A stretch of 64,000 nt of DNA, taken from an uncultured Gammaproteobacteria bacterium. GTDB lineage: Bacteria; Pseudomonadota; Gammaproteobacteria; CAWCPV01. Both the position numbers and the translations under genes were made by a program. Below, in pieces: positions 1 to 11,486 of this stretch. How positions within the stretch are numbered: the first letter of the stretch is position 1; each line of letters opens with the position of its first letter. The DNA lies in NCBI GenBank assembly GCA_963797555.1, contig CAWCPV010000004.1, forward strand, positions 320,001 through 384,000. The letters are read 5' to 3'. The notes below the pieces were generated by a model that was not told where the DNA came from, ran no database searches, and saw nothing but the letters and a program-made list of their open reading frames with translations.

Positions 1-179
1 GCAGAGGCTGCCGCAGCGTAAGGCATATCTACCCACACGATTCCGGTAAGAACCACAAAAAGGCGCCAACGACAAGAAGCGGCGCGCGGACCGCCACGCA
101 GCGTTATTGGCAATTATGCGACCGTCTTTCCACGCGGCTGCGGAGCAGCAATGAGAAACTGCAGACTGGGGTCAGCCTT

Positions 180-340
180 CTAGTAGCTTCGCCTGCGGAC
201 GATCCGGTCGACCGTAACCGGGTGGACCTCGAAGTGCTGGGCGATCTCACGATAGCTGAAGGCGCCTGTGGCGAGACTGCCACCATCCCCTCGTCCCGCC
301 CCGGGACTTCGCGGTCCAACACGCAGATGAGCGCGTGAAA
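180..340 (-). pseudogene. Remnant resembling the C-terminal HTH of a REP-associated/IS200-like tyrosine transposase
   Basis: Peptides 'RDEGMVA' and 'GAFSYREIAQHFEVHPVTVDRIVRR' in two frames resemble this tail; no HUH core seen. Confidence 0.35.
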
Positions 341-422
341 TACGAGGAACTGGATCGTTATGGCGATGAGCGAGAGCGATCGAACGCCTCCGTGTGCCCC
401 GGGGCAGCACGCGTCTTCGTGG

Positions 423-2095
423 CTATTGATCGTCAGCGATGACGACCTGGTACGAGTATCCCTGTTCCGTCAGGAAGAGCTTGCGGTGGTGGGCAAACTC
501 CTCTTCGCGCGTGTCACGCGAGACGAGGGTGAAGAAGTGCGCCGCGCGGCCGTCGCCCTTGGGCCGCAGGATGCGACCGAGCCGCTGGGCCTCTTCCTGG
601 CGTGAACCGAACATGCCCGACACCTGGATGAGCAGGTCGGCGTCTGGGAGGTCGATCGCGAAGTTCCCCACCTTGGAGAGCACGATGCAGCGCAACTCGT
701 TACGGCGGAATCGATCGATAGATCTGCTCGCGTTCGGCCTGCGGTGTCTTACCCGTGACCAGTGGCGCGTCGAGCTCCTTCGCGATGGCCTCGACCTGGG
801 CGAGGTACTCGCCGATGATGAGCACCCGACCGTTAGTGTGCTGCTCCAGCAGTCGACGGAGTCGAGACCTCTTGGCCGGGTTCTCCGCGGCGATCCGGAA
901 CTGCGAGCGTCTGTCCGCGAGGGCGTACTCCATCCGGCGCTCCGCACTCATGGCCACACGCTCCTCGACGCAGGTCGCGCTCGCAATCCAGGCCTGATGT
1001 TCGAGGTCCTTCCAGGGCACGTCGAATCGCTTGGGTCCGATTAGGGCGAATACATCTGCCTCGCGGCCATCTTCTCTCACCAGCGTGGCCGTCAGCCCCA
1101 GCCGCCGGCGCGCTTGCAGGTCGGCCGTGGCGCGGAACACCGGAGCCGGCAGCAAGTGGACCTCATCGTAGACGATGAGTCCCCAGGAGCGTGCTCGGAA
1201 CAGCTCGAGGTGAGGGAACTCACCCTCGCGATGCGCGCGCCAGGTCAGGATCTGGTAGGTGGTCAGCGTCACCGGCCCGGTGTTCTTCTGCTCCCCCGTG
1301 TACTCGGCGATCTCGTCCGGCCGCAGCGTGGTCTTGTCGCAGATCTCACGCCGCCACTGCTTGACCGAGGTCAGGCTGGTAGTGAGCACGAGCGTCGTCT
1401 GACCGACCATCTCCATGGCGGCGAGGCCGACGATCGTCTTGCCCGCCCCACAAGGGAGCACGACCACGCCGCTGCCGCCCCGCTCGGAGCCCGCCACGAA
1501 GAACGACTCGGCCGCCTGTCGCTGGTACTCGCGCACCACGAACGGCGTGCCGGACGCCATGCGCTCCCGGAAAAGCTATCGTGAGCCGGTCTCCGCTCAC
1601 GTATCCGGCCAGATCGTCGGCGGGGTATCCAGCCGCAACCAATGCCTGCTTGAGCAAACCTCGCTGTCCTGGATCGACGTGGAAGCTCGTCGCATCGGCG
1701 CGGTTCACGAGGTACGGTCCAGCCGCTCGATCGCGGTGCAAAAGCTCGGCTGTCGCCTCGTCTGCGCAGGCGCAGCGCAGAAGATCGCCATCGCGGGTGA
1801 TGACCACGCGGCCATAGCGCGCGGCCAGGTCGACGACCTCCTGCTCGACGCTGGCGGGCACCGGGTATCGCGCGTGCTCCTTCAGGGCTGCCACCACCTT
1901 CTCGGCAGGCAGGCCTGCTGCCCGGGCGTTCCAGATGGACAGCGGTGTGAGACGATAGGTGTGGACGTGCTCGGGGCTCTTCACGAGCTCCGCGAACGGA
2001 GCGAGCGCCGCCCTGGCCTCCTCGGCCCGCGGCGCGTGGACCTCCAAGAGGACGCTGCAGTCGCTCTGGACGATCAGGGCGTTGTCGGAGGACAC
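423..2095 (-). CDS. XPB/Rad25-family SF2 DNA helicase, split by about 2 frameshifts
   Basis: N-terminal 'ALIVQSDCSVLLEV...ELVKSPEHVHTYRLTPLSIWNA', Walker A 'LPCGAGKT', 'DEVH', C-terminal 'GSRQEEAQRLGRILRPK' across ORFs 1346-2095, 700-1560 and 423-947. Confidence 0.9.
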
Positions 2096-2105
2096 GGCCG
2101 TTCGG

Positions 2106-4016
2106 TCAGGCCTCGGCTGGCTGAGACGTCACTTCCCCGGATGAGGCCACGCGCCGGTTTCTCGTCGGCCGGGCCTCGCCCATGGCCAAGAGGTAACCGA
2201 GCTCCCGCAGGGCGCGCTTGAACGCCGCCTCCGAGGACGCCGGCACTACCAGGTGCCGTTCCCCGGCTCGCATGCAGTGCTTGCGCGTCCGCGAGTCGTT
2301 GGCGATGAGCGCGGCGAGCGCGGGATCGGCGCATTCGATCAAGCGAGCGAGGCCGCGGGTCCTGGACCTTCGCGCTTCGATCCGAAACGTCCTCGATCAA
2401 GCGGGCGACCGTATGGGGGATCGGGGCACCGCTCCGCGCCGCGAGGAACTCCCGGATCTCGGTCACCGGGCGGCCCTCTTCGATCGCCGCGAGCAGCTTG
2501 CCGGCGTCGAGCCGCCAGACGAGGTCCGAGACCTTGGTCGCGTAGGCGTCCAGGGCGAGCCGATCGCCCGGCTCCAACTCCGCGCCGATGGCTGCGATTT
2601 CCAGATTGGGCAGCACTCGCAGCACAGGCTTCACCTCGACCGGCGCCGGCTCGTATCCCGACTCGGCGCCGAGGCAGTGAGCGCCGAGAGGCGTGACGCG
2701 GAAGTACATCAGTCCGTCGTAGCGGCTGAAGTACACCAGTTCGTCCGTGCCCCAGAGGCCGCCGTAGTTGTAGCGCGCTCCAGCGGGAGGAATGAGCGCG
2801 ACATCGACGAGCCCGAGGCTCGCGGTATATTCGAGCAAGAGGCACAAGAGGTAGCGTTCATCGAGGATATATTTGCCATTCTCGTACCCGAGGGAGCCGT
2901 ACTGCAGCTCGCCGATGTAAAGATTCCAGGCGTTGCGGGTCACCGAGAAGTCGTTGCCCGAGGCGCGCAGGAAGCGCAAGAACTCGTCGGTGGAGATCCA
3001 GGCGCGGACTGGACATTCGGCCAAGGCGTCGGCCACTACAGCCCGCCGTGACGAGAGCGCAGTGAGCCCTTGCTTGCCCTTTCCGGTCTGACCCTTGACG
3101 CAGTCGATGCGCGAAAGCTCATCGAGGAGGGTCGTGTTCACCCACTTCGTCCAGACCGTTCGGAGAGTCTCGGCAGCCGGTTCGGAAAGCGCCTTTCGTC
3201 CCGCCTTGGTGAGTTGCAGCTTCGACCCCGAGAGCTGGGCAAGCCCGCCCGCCTGGACAAGGAGGGGCCAGGCGAAGGCGCGAATCGGTCCCGCATTCTC
3301 GTCGTGGCCACTTGTTCGTGACCGGGAGGCGCGGGTAGTAGTCGCCGCCTTCGAGGATGTTGGTGAGCGCATCGATGGTCGCGGACGAGGCACGCCGCGT
3401 CTTGTCGCTCACCGCGACCTTGCCGGCATCGACCAATCGCAAGATGGAGAGCAGCTCCCGCTGGGCGGTGCGCTCGGTTTCGCGCACCGTGAGAGTCACG
3501 TGCTCGGTGCCCTTCTCCTGGGTCTTTGTCTCCGAATTCCAGCGCGTGTACGGCAGACCGTAGGCAGCCGGAAGCTCTGCGAGGGTCTCGATCTTCGCCT
3601 CGACCGGCTGCGGCACGAACGCCTTGAGCCGCTCCTTGATGTCCGTCGGCATCACGCCGTTGCCGTAGAAGAAGAAGCCCAGCGCCGAGGGGCGGCGGTG
3701 GTGCCCGTACTTGTCGGTCGTTCCCCAGTCCGGATCTCGCCCGTACTTGGCGCGAAACCGAGCGGCGAGGAACTGGGTCGAGTTCGAACGGACGACCTCC
3801 GCCACTGCCGCCCGCTGTAGCTCGTCCAGGCCTTGCCAATCCGCCTCGCCGCTCTCCCTCGAGATGCCGCACGATCACGGCGACGAGGTCGGCTTTCCGC
3901 GTGGGCGGCTTCTCCTCGGTCAGCGCTACCAGCTTCTTGAGGTCGTCCGAGTTCATGACCTCGTTCAGGGCAATTTCGAGGGTGGGGATTCCGCCGTCGG
4001 CCTGGTATCGCTTCAT
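2106..4016 (-). CDS. XPB-associated helicase-C-terminal-like domain protein (frameshifted)
   Basis: Stitched from ORFs 3138-4016, 3119-3805, 2074-3393 and 2106-2342; C-terminal 'VLPNLEI...WRLDAGKLLAAIEEG...IREFLAARSGAPIP'; lies directly upstream of XPB. Confidence 0.65.
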
Positions 4017-4350
4017 GCTGTCTCCGTGGTCTGCGCGGAGCGCTGCTGCTTGGCAGCGCGGCGGGCTTCCTTCTTCCGTTGCTCGTGGCGAGCGCGCTCC
4101 TCGATGGACATCACGGTGTCAGGGGCGGTCTTGCCGAATCGCTTACGGTAGAGCTCCTCGATGAACTGCGGCAGGGGCAGCTTCCATGGCTCCTGCTTGT
4201 GGTTGTCGAGCTTGCCGAGCTTTGCCGGGTTCATCCCGACTCCCGCGCCATCTGGACCTGGGCGTGGGACAGGTGGTGGCGCTTGCGCACGTCGATCCAC
4301 GCCTGCAGCTTCTGGTTCGGCTTCTTGGCCTTGCTGGCCATCGCAGTCAT
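4013..4350 (-). CDS. Small conserved hypothetical protein (frameshifted)
   Basis: 'QAWIDVRKRHHLSHAQVQMARE' joins 'GMNPAKLGKLDNHKQEPWKLPLPQFIEELYRKRFGK'; abuts neighbours. Confidence 0.55.
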
Positions 4351-5580
4351 CTCTCCTCTCGGCGGTCTTCCCAGGCCGTCTTTGCCCGCACCTCGTCGAT
4401 CAGGAAGCGCACGCCTTGGTTGTCCCAGGGGTCGAACCAGAGCATCCGGTCGAAGACGCGCTCGGCTTCCTCGAACCGCGTGAGCCGCCACAGGCACAAG
4501 CCGTACCCGTGCATGCAACGCAGGAACGGCCGGTTGTCGATATGCCCCCACGGAAGCAGGCCATCGAAGGCCGGGCCGAGCGACTGCTCGCCGATGCGGA
4601 CGCCGACCTCGTAATGCCGGATCGCCTCCTCGGCCCTGTCCCAGGCAAGGTTGCCGAGGTGTGCGTGGGCGTCCAGACAACGGAGGTCAGCGTGGCAAAG
4701 GTCCATCAGGATCTTGCACGCAGCAGCGCCATTGCCGGCTTCCTTGAGGTCGTTAGACTCGCAGATCGGGTCGGAGTCGAAGTCGTCCGGGTCGCGGCCC
4801 GGCACGATCTGTTCCATCTCGAATGCCCGCCTGGGTCCGCGGGCAATGATGGCCTTGGCCCACTCCTCGATCGGCTCCCCGTCCTCGCCCCAGTAGTGCT
4901 CGTCGGGGTCCATAGACCCCGGTCTTTGAATCTCGAGTAGCACGAGTCCCAGCGCCTGCACGTCGAGTCGTGCGGACTCGATCTCGCCGGACAGGTAAGG
5001 GTGAGCGGCGTAGCTCCACTGCTCGTGCGGCTTGACCACGGCGATCTCGCCGGGAACGACGTCCCAGAGATGACTGGCACGAAGAGTGATGACGCGATCG
5101 CTTCCCAGGACCCGGCAGCGCGCTGCTTTCTCCTTGACCGACAGCACGACAAGATCGACTGGGCCGCTCAGGTCGAGATCGGTTGCCGCGACCTTGTGGC
5201 GGCGCTTGCGGCGGGCGGTCGTCACGACCTCCGGAGGCCATGGATCGAGGCCGAGCCACTTGCGGTAGGCGGCAACGTAGCGAGCCCCCGCTCAATCGTT
5301 TAGGGAGCACGACATCGGAGGCCGCCACGACGTGCTCAGACCCGTCCTCGCGCCGACACCTTGCCGTCAACCCGCGCCGCTCGTTTCCGTCGTAGTCGAA
5401 TTCGACAACGGAGACCGGCGCACCCATGACAAACGCATCGCAGGGCACGGCGACCTCGTCTTCGAATACCTGCAGGAACCCCCCCAGTTTCTCGTCGTCA
5501 CCGTAGGCGTCCAGTGTGATCTCCTCGATGAGCCAATCCAGATCGGCCAGATCCTGGACCTCACTGTTCGTCTTTTTCAT
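4347..5580 (-). CDS. Hypothetical protein with acidic N-terminal domain and TPR-like C-terminus (frameshifted)
   Basis: 'IEEITLDAYGDDEKLGGF' N-terminus; 'LDAHAHLGN...LPWGHIDNRPFLRCMHG...DNQGVRF' C-terminus; frame change near 5280. Confidence 0.6.
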
Positions 5581-6936
5581 TCGTTGTCTCTGCGCTGGCG
5601 TCCACTCCACCGCGCCTTGGCGCGCTCCAAGAAGGACGGCTCGTCGCTCGGACCAGCCCCGGCCACCAGAGCCTCGAAGCCCGACATGAAGCCCGTCTTG
5701 CGCTGGTGCTCAGCGCGCACCTGGCTCACGGTCTTCTCGGCGGTCAGGCCCGCCCGCTCGAAGCAGCGCTTGGCCCTTTCGAAGTTCGCCAGCGCGGCGT
5801 CGTAGTGCTTGCTCTTCTTGGCGTTGGCGATCCACATGCCCTGCGCCCGCCACAGACGGGCCGCGAGATCGGGATGGGTCCTGTCGAGCTTCTTGGCCAC
5901 GGGCTCGGCGGCATAGTGGCTCAAGCCTTCCAGCGTCTGATCCGGGGTCCGGCGCACGAGGTCGGCGAGCCGGTCCACCTCCTTCGTCGCCAGGAGGAAA
6001 TCCATGATGGAAGGGACGTCCGCTCCCTGGCTGCCTCGATGGCCTTGTCGTGCCACTCGGTCCGCTCGGCCTTGGGCACGAACTTCATGAGCTCGGGCGT
6101 ATGTGTACTTGCTCGGGTGCTTGCGGTAATCGGCCCAGGCGGCGTCGACGCCTCGTTGCTGCGCCCGAGCTTGGTCAGAAGCTCGCGCTCGAGCTTAGCC
6201 AGGTCGTGGCCGGCCATCGACCGACGCGGTGCCTTCTTGTGGAGATCGATCCCCGTTCCACCCAGCCGAGAGCCTCTTCTGGTTTGCGTCGGGTGACCCG
6301 AGCAGCGTGGCGATGGCGTGGCAATCCTGACCGGTGAGCCCGGTTTCATCGGCGAGGGTGACGTAGGCATCGACGTTCTTCTGCGCGAGGTAGAGCGCGC
6401 GCAATGCCTCGCCCCAGCGTCGGCGGACACGCTCCGGGCGACCTTCGAACGTGCCATCCGCCTTGGGTGTCGCCTTCGCCGCACCGTCGAATCTCGCCCG
6501 GACCTGCTTCACCAGCGCGGCGAGCCCGGCCTTGTCGAGGACCTTGGCAGCGTCTTTTTCGAGGCGGTAGCAGAAGCCGTAGGGGTCATCATCTATCCAG
6601 GCGAGCAAGCGCGACGCGGTTTCGTCTGGGTTGGCACCGTCTGCCTGGCGGGCCTCGATCCAGCCGCGGTACAGATCGGCGACGAACTGCCCGAACCTGC
6701 CGCTCGAATCGTCCAGCTCCTTCTATCTTGGCGTAGCAGCCGGCGAGGAACGTCTCGTACAGGGTGACGGCCCGGGCGGGGTCACTGCTGGTGAACTTGT
6801 CGATCTTGGCGGCAACCGCGACGGGACGGGTCACAAACGAGAAGCACGCGCGGTCGGAGATGAAGGCTCCAGCGTTGAGCGCACGCTCGATCTCTTGCTC
6901 CATCGGATCCGCCTTGGCGCGGGACTTTCGGATCAT
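5577..6936 (-). CDS. Helical hypothetical protein, several frameshifts
   Basis: Consecutive protein-like segments in ORFs 6589-7062, 6195-6608, 5921-6484 and 5577-6056. Confidence 0.5.
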
Positions 6937-7148
6937 CGATCCTTCTCCCTCCGTTTGCAGGAGACCTTGCTGAGGACGGACTCCTGAATCCCGTTGGCCG
7001 AAAGCTCCCGTTCCAGCATCTCCACGGCAGAGTCCTGGATGATCGTGTCGAGATCGGCGCAACGAATCCGGATCTGTCGGTGAAGCTCCTCCTCCATGCG
7101 AATGTAGACCTTACTTCTCGTCGTTCTGCTCGGGCACCTCTCCCTCAT
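6933..7148 (-). CDS. Small putative ribbon-helix-helix regulator
   Basis: 'KVYIRMEEELHRQIRIRCADLDTIIQDSAVEMLERE' pattern; 14-bp direct repeat ACGCCGTATGTCGG upstream at 7201-7234. Confidence 0.4.
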   Translation of the reverse strand: MRERCPSRTTRSKVYIRMEEELHRQIRIRCADLDTIIQDSAVEMLERELSANGIQESVLSKVSCKRREKDR

Positions 7149-7541
7149 GTCCAGGGTGCAAAGAGGGCTCACGTATACGTGATCAGGACATCGCCCGTCA
7201 ACGCCGTATGTCGGACACCCACGCCGTATGTCGGCCAACGCGCCCCAGCTCGTCATGTGCGGTGTTCGCTGTCAGGGGGTCGTAACCAGTCGAAATACCC
7301 TTGAGCTTCGTCCCCAGCGACGCCTGAACGTGCTCAACCTCGGGACGGGTCCGAGGGGCAAACGAGCAGGCGAAGATGAGCACGACGACGAAACGAGAGG
7401 AACCGCCGGGCCAGACACGGGTCAGGCGCGATGATCGTCCTTTCTCGGCCTGCCCACACCCTTGGATGCTGCACGCCGCTGCGCAGGGAAGGCGGGCCAT
7501 GGCAGTTCAGGTCGTGAAGTGAGCGAAGGATAGCACGCATA

Positions 7542-7678
7542 TGGTGTCTGACCCTAACCTAAGACCCTAACCTAATGGTAACCTAATGGTGTCTGACCCT
7601 AACCTAAGGTGTCCTAACCTAAGGTGTCTGACCCTAACCTAAGGTGTCTGACCCTAACCTAATGACCCTAACCTAATG
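7542..7678. repeat. Irregular tandem array of GGTGTCTGACCCTAACCTAA
   Basis: 8 copies of the TAACCTAA core, 4 of them full 20-mers, no unique spacers. Confidence 0.9.
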
Positions 7679-7682
7679 GCGC

Positions 7683-8640
7683 TTACTTAGGCGCGCTTAG
7701 TTTAAGCGAAACCCCGAATAGCCGGCTAAGTCGACCACGGATGCGTTCTATGCGTTCTATGGTAAGGGCTTGGTCAGTTTCTCTCGGGCACGCTTCTCTA
7801 ATGGATAGAGAAAGAATCCGTTTCGGTGCGTGGCCGTGGCGCTGATGAGCGCGGTCCATGCGGCCGCGGCCAGTGGTTGAGCCCGCTTCGAGCCAGTTGG
7901 CGGCACGATAGCAGGTCCCGCGGTAGTGGTGCTCCTCGACCAAGCTTTCGAGCAGTAGAGGGCGGATGTGGTAGGCCTCCGTCCAGTCGGTGAGGATCTG
8001 CCGGGCGGTCAGTGCGAGCACGTGGCTTGCGAGGTTTTCACCTGGACCCAGGGCAGAATCAGGAAGCGGCTTTGGTTGACGATATGTTGTAGGCGCTGTT
8101 TTCTTATCGGCTCATTCCAGCCGATCCAGCGGTCGCGTGCGCGCATGCGCCAGGCGGGGCTGGAGTATTGCAGCGCCCCGAGCATCTGGGCCGGCTCCCC
8201 GCTCTGGATGAGATAGCGCAGGTGAGCCCCGAAGGGGGTCCGGTAGCCGAGGTAGTGGTGGTGGGCGATGAGGCTACGCCACTCGGTGTGTTGCTCGGGG
8301 GTATGGGCGATCACCAGACGCAGCGGTTGCAGGGTGGCCAGGGCGGTGGTGATCGGGGTGCGGGGTGTGGCGGGTGGCTCGGGGGTGCGGGTGGCGGCGC
8401 CAGTGGGCCGGCCTGCGGCCTTTTTGGGCAAACACAGCTCTGCGCGCTGATGCAGCCGCTCGAGCAGATCCCGGCATTCGCGGGTCTTGAGCTGCCCGCT
8501 CGGGCGCTCCCATCGGAGCAGCTCGCACACGGTGGCGGCCAGCTCCTGGCGGCTGAGCCTGGGGTAGCGGGCGACGAGCTGTGCGATGAGGCGCAGCTCC
8601 TGGGGGCTGAAGCTTCGTCCAGCGACCACGACCGGCTCAG
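7683..8640 (-). CDS. DUF4338 (Druantia DruA-like) protein, frameshifted near 8030
   Basis: 'HHYLGYRTPFGAHLRYLI', 'RDRWIGW', 'VNQSRFLILPWV', 'GTCYRAANW...GSTTGRGR'. Confidence 0.8.
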
Positions 8641-9760
8641 CTGGTGCGTTGGGCGATGAGCGCACGGCGGGCTTCGGCGCGCGGTTGGGTGAGCAGGGGA
8701 TGGGGCTTGGGTCGTCGTTTGACCGCCCGCGGCTCGCACCGCCCGGGACGCTGCCCCACGCGCTGGGCGGCCAAGGTGGCGAGGATCGCCTCGATGAGGG
8801 CGCGCGGTAAGGGCTGTGGCCACCAGGGCACGCCTTGGGTGAGCAGTAGCTGCAGGGCCGCACTGAAGCTCAAGGTGCGCGGAGCGAGGCCGTGCTGATC
8901 GGCGCTCTTGGCCAGTAAAGCGCGGATCAAGTGGTAGGCGAGCACATGCACGGCCATCTCCTTCTCGACCATCGCCGGGGTCTGGCCGCGCAGCACCTCC
9001 ATACCGAGCACCTGCTTGATGGCGCGCAGGTCGAGCTCACAGTGCCAGCGCGTCTGGTAGAGGGTGCGCAGCGCCTCGGCACGAAACATCTGAGGGTCGA
9101 GCAGTGTGGTGACCAGGGTCTGGTGCCCGACCTTGAGCTCGCGGATGCGAAGCTGCTGCGGCAGGCGCGCATAGAGGCTCTCATCGAGCCAATCGGGGCG
9201 CTTGGGCTTCTCCCACACGGCGATGTGATCGTCTCGGCCGAGCGGCTCGCCGCAGCGAAAATCCGTCTTGCGCCGTTGGTGCTGGGGCAGTACCACATCG
9301 ACCTCCCGCTCGGCGAATAAGGCAATCATGAAGTACGAGGCGTAGTAGCAATCGCCGAGCATCACCTCCCCAGGGGAGAACCGATCGAGCAGCGCGCGCA
9401 GCAAACTCCAGCTCGCTGTTGTTCTTGCCTGTAACGCCACCGCTTGCATGCGCCAACAGCGCGCCGCTGCTCCAGCAGAACACACCGAGCAGCCGGGCGA
9501 TGGGAAATCCGAGGCCCGGCTGCTGGCCCCGCTGCTGCGGAAACCGCGCCTGATTGGCTGCAGTGTCGGCCATGCTCACCGTGGTGCCATCGACGATCCT
9601 GACCCGCCGCCCGCACCACAGCGGTCCACGCGCGTGCAGCTTCTCGGCCACGATTTGGATCAACGCCAGGATGAACTCGTGGCAGAGGCGCTGACGCGCT
9701 CGGCAATAAGCCCCCGTGCGGCCTGAGATCGCCCCCTCGCCCTGCATCTGCCGGCAGAGC
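8637..9760 (-). mobile_element. IS4-family transposase, 5'-truncated and frameshifted
   Basis: 'TGAYCRARQRL', 'IVDGTTVSMADT', 'LYQTRWHCELDLRAIK', 'RPGRCEPRAVKRRPK'. Confidence 0.85.
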
Positions 9761-9946
9761 GCTCAACTAGCATCTGAAATGCGAGGGGCAAGCTCCATCC
9801 TCTGCGACGGGATGTCCCGGCGGACCCGGCTCGATGGCGGCAACCCGACTCCCACAAGGGCTGAGGGGTGGATAGGTTTTTCAGGTCTCCCCAACAGGTG
9901 TATGCTGTAGCGTTGCAGTCGCCCAGGATGGCGAGAGGAATTACAG

Positions 9947-11263
9947 ATGAGGTCAGCCGTTCGTAATGTGCTTATCTTGTGCCTGGGGATGACCCTGGGC
10001 GCCGCTCTGGTCATCGAGAGCGACGTATTTGCCGATCGCGATTCCGTGGTCGACCAAGCCTTGCCGCTGGAAGAGCTGCGCACTTTCACAGAGGTCTTCG
10101 CCAAGATCAAGGATGATTACGTCGAGCCAGTGCGCGATCGCGACCTGCTGGAGAACGCGGTGCGCGGTATGCTGGCCGGCCTGGATCCCCATTCTACCTA
10201 CCTCGACTCAGACGCGTACCGCGAGCTGCAGCTCGGTACGACTGGAGAGTTCGGCGGCCTGGGCATCGAGGTGAGCATGGAGGGCGGGTTCGTCAAGGTG
10301 ATCTCGCCGATCGATGATACGCCGGCACAGCGGGCAGGGGTCCAGGCCGGGGATCTCATCATCCGCATCGACGACACCCCGGTTAAGGGCCTAAGCCTGG
10401 GCGACGCTGTGAAGCGTATGCGAGGGAAGCCCGGCACCACTATCGTGCTCACCATCGTGCGTGAGGGACAGGAAAAGCCCCTGCGCCTCACCTTGACACG
10501 GGCAGTCATCGAAGTGAAGAGCGTGAAGAGCCGGCTCCTCGATAAAGGCTACGGCTATGTGCGCATCACCCAGTTCCAGAACAACACCAGCACCGACCTG
10601 CGTAAAGCGATAGGAGAACTCCGCGAGAAAAGCGGTGGCAAGCTCGAGGGTCTAGTGCTCGACCTCCGAAATAACCCGGGCGGCGTATTGAGCGAAGCCG
10701 TGAGCGTTTCGGATACCTTCCTTACCGGCGGCCTGATCGTGTATACCAAAGGCAGAATCGATGAAGCGCAGCTCAAGTTCAAAGCGAGCCCGCCGGACTG
10801 GCTGAAGGGTGCACCGCTCGTGGTATTGATCAACGGCGGTTCCGCATCGGCCTCGGAGATCGTGGCCGGGGCGCTGCAAGATCAGCGCCGGGCCGTGATC
10901 ATGGGTACGAAGAGCTTCGGCAAGGGGTCGGTACAGACCATCTTCCCCATGGCGAGCGGTTCAGCGCTCAAGCTGACGACGGCTCTTTATTACACGCCGG
11001 CAGGCCGATCCATCCAGGCCGAGGGTATCTCGCCGGACATTGAGGTTCGTCCGGTGAAAGTTGCCGAGGCGCAGCCAGAGAACGAGGTAATCAAGGAAAA
11101 GGACCTTGCACGCCACCTCGAGAACGGCTCTGGGGCCAAGCAGAAGAAGGCTCAACCCGTCAAAGGAGCCGGCACGGGGGATACGCCCATCGAGGACGAC
11201 TACCAGTTGCGCGAGGCGCTGAACCTGCTCAAGGGTCTGCGCATCTTGGAGCGCCACAGCTAG
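9947..11263 (+). CDS. ctpA: Carboxyl-terminal processing protease, S41 family with PDZ domain
   Basis: 'LDPHS', 'LDLRNNPGG', 'SASASEIVAGALQD', 'SFGKGSVQ'. Confidence 0.95.
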   Translation: MRSAVRNVLILCLGMTLGAALVIESDVFADRDSVVDQALPLEELRTFTEVFAKIKDDYVEPVRDRDLLENAVRGMLAGLDPHSTYLDSDAYRELQLGTTGEFGGLGIEVSMEGGFVKVISPIDDTPAQRAGVQAGDLIIRIDDTPVKGLSLGDAVKRMRGKPGTTIVLTIVREGQEKPLRLTLTRAVIEVKSVKSRLLDKGYGYVRITQFQNNTSTDLRKAIGELREKSGGKLEGLVLDLRNNPGGVLSEAVSVSDTFLTGGLIVYTKGRIDEAQLKFKASPPDWLKGAPLVVLINGGSASASEIVAGALQDQRRAVIMGTKSFGKGSVQTIFPMASGSALKLTTALYYTPAGRSIQAEGISPDIEVRPVKVAEAQPENEVIKEKDLARHLENGSGAKQKKAQPVKGAGTGDTPIEDDYQLREALNLLKGLRILERHS

Positions 11264-11265
11264 CG

Positions 11266-11399
11266 GAGAGATTCGTGAATCGTCGCGAGCGACTTGAGAG
11301 CGAGGCGCGCGGTCCGCTGCGGCAAGACATGTCGAGTATCAAGTAGGTGGGTGAGGAGCGAGCACCGGGGACGCGCAGCAGATGTGATTAACAAGCTCC
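11266..11399. repeat. Degenerate MITE-like dispersed repeat, copy 1
   Basis: Shares blocks AATCGTCGCGAGCG, CAAGACnTGTC, GAGCGAGC, CAGCAGAT and ACAAGCTC, in order, with 43579-43714. Confidence 0.55.
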
Positions 11400-11486
11400 C
11401 AGTGGCGGCGTCAAGGGTTCTGTTTCGCGTGTTGATGCGCTGCGAAGCAGTCCAACTTTAAGCGTGAAGGTTGCCCTGGTGTGTCT

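Noticed and set aside
7542-7678. Possible CRISPR array
   Set aside because: No unique spacers, irregular short units and no cas genes.
7683-8640. Druantia defence system
   Set aside because: Only a DUF4338 gene next to a transposase; no DruE-like large helicase operon is seen, and the XPB gene is a different family.
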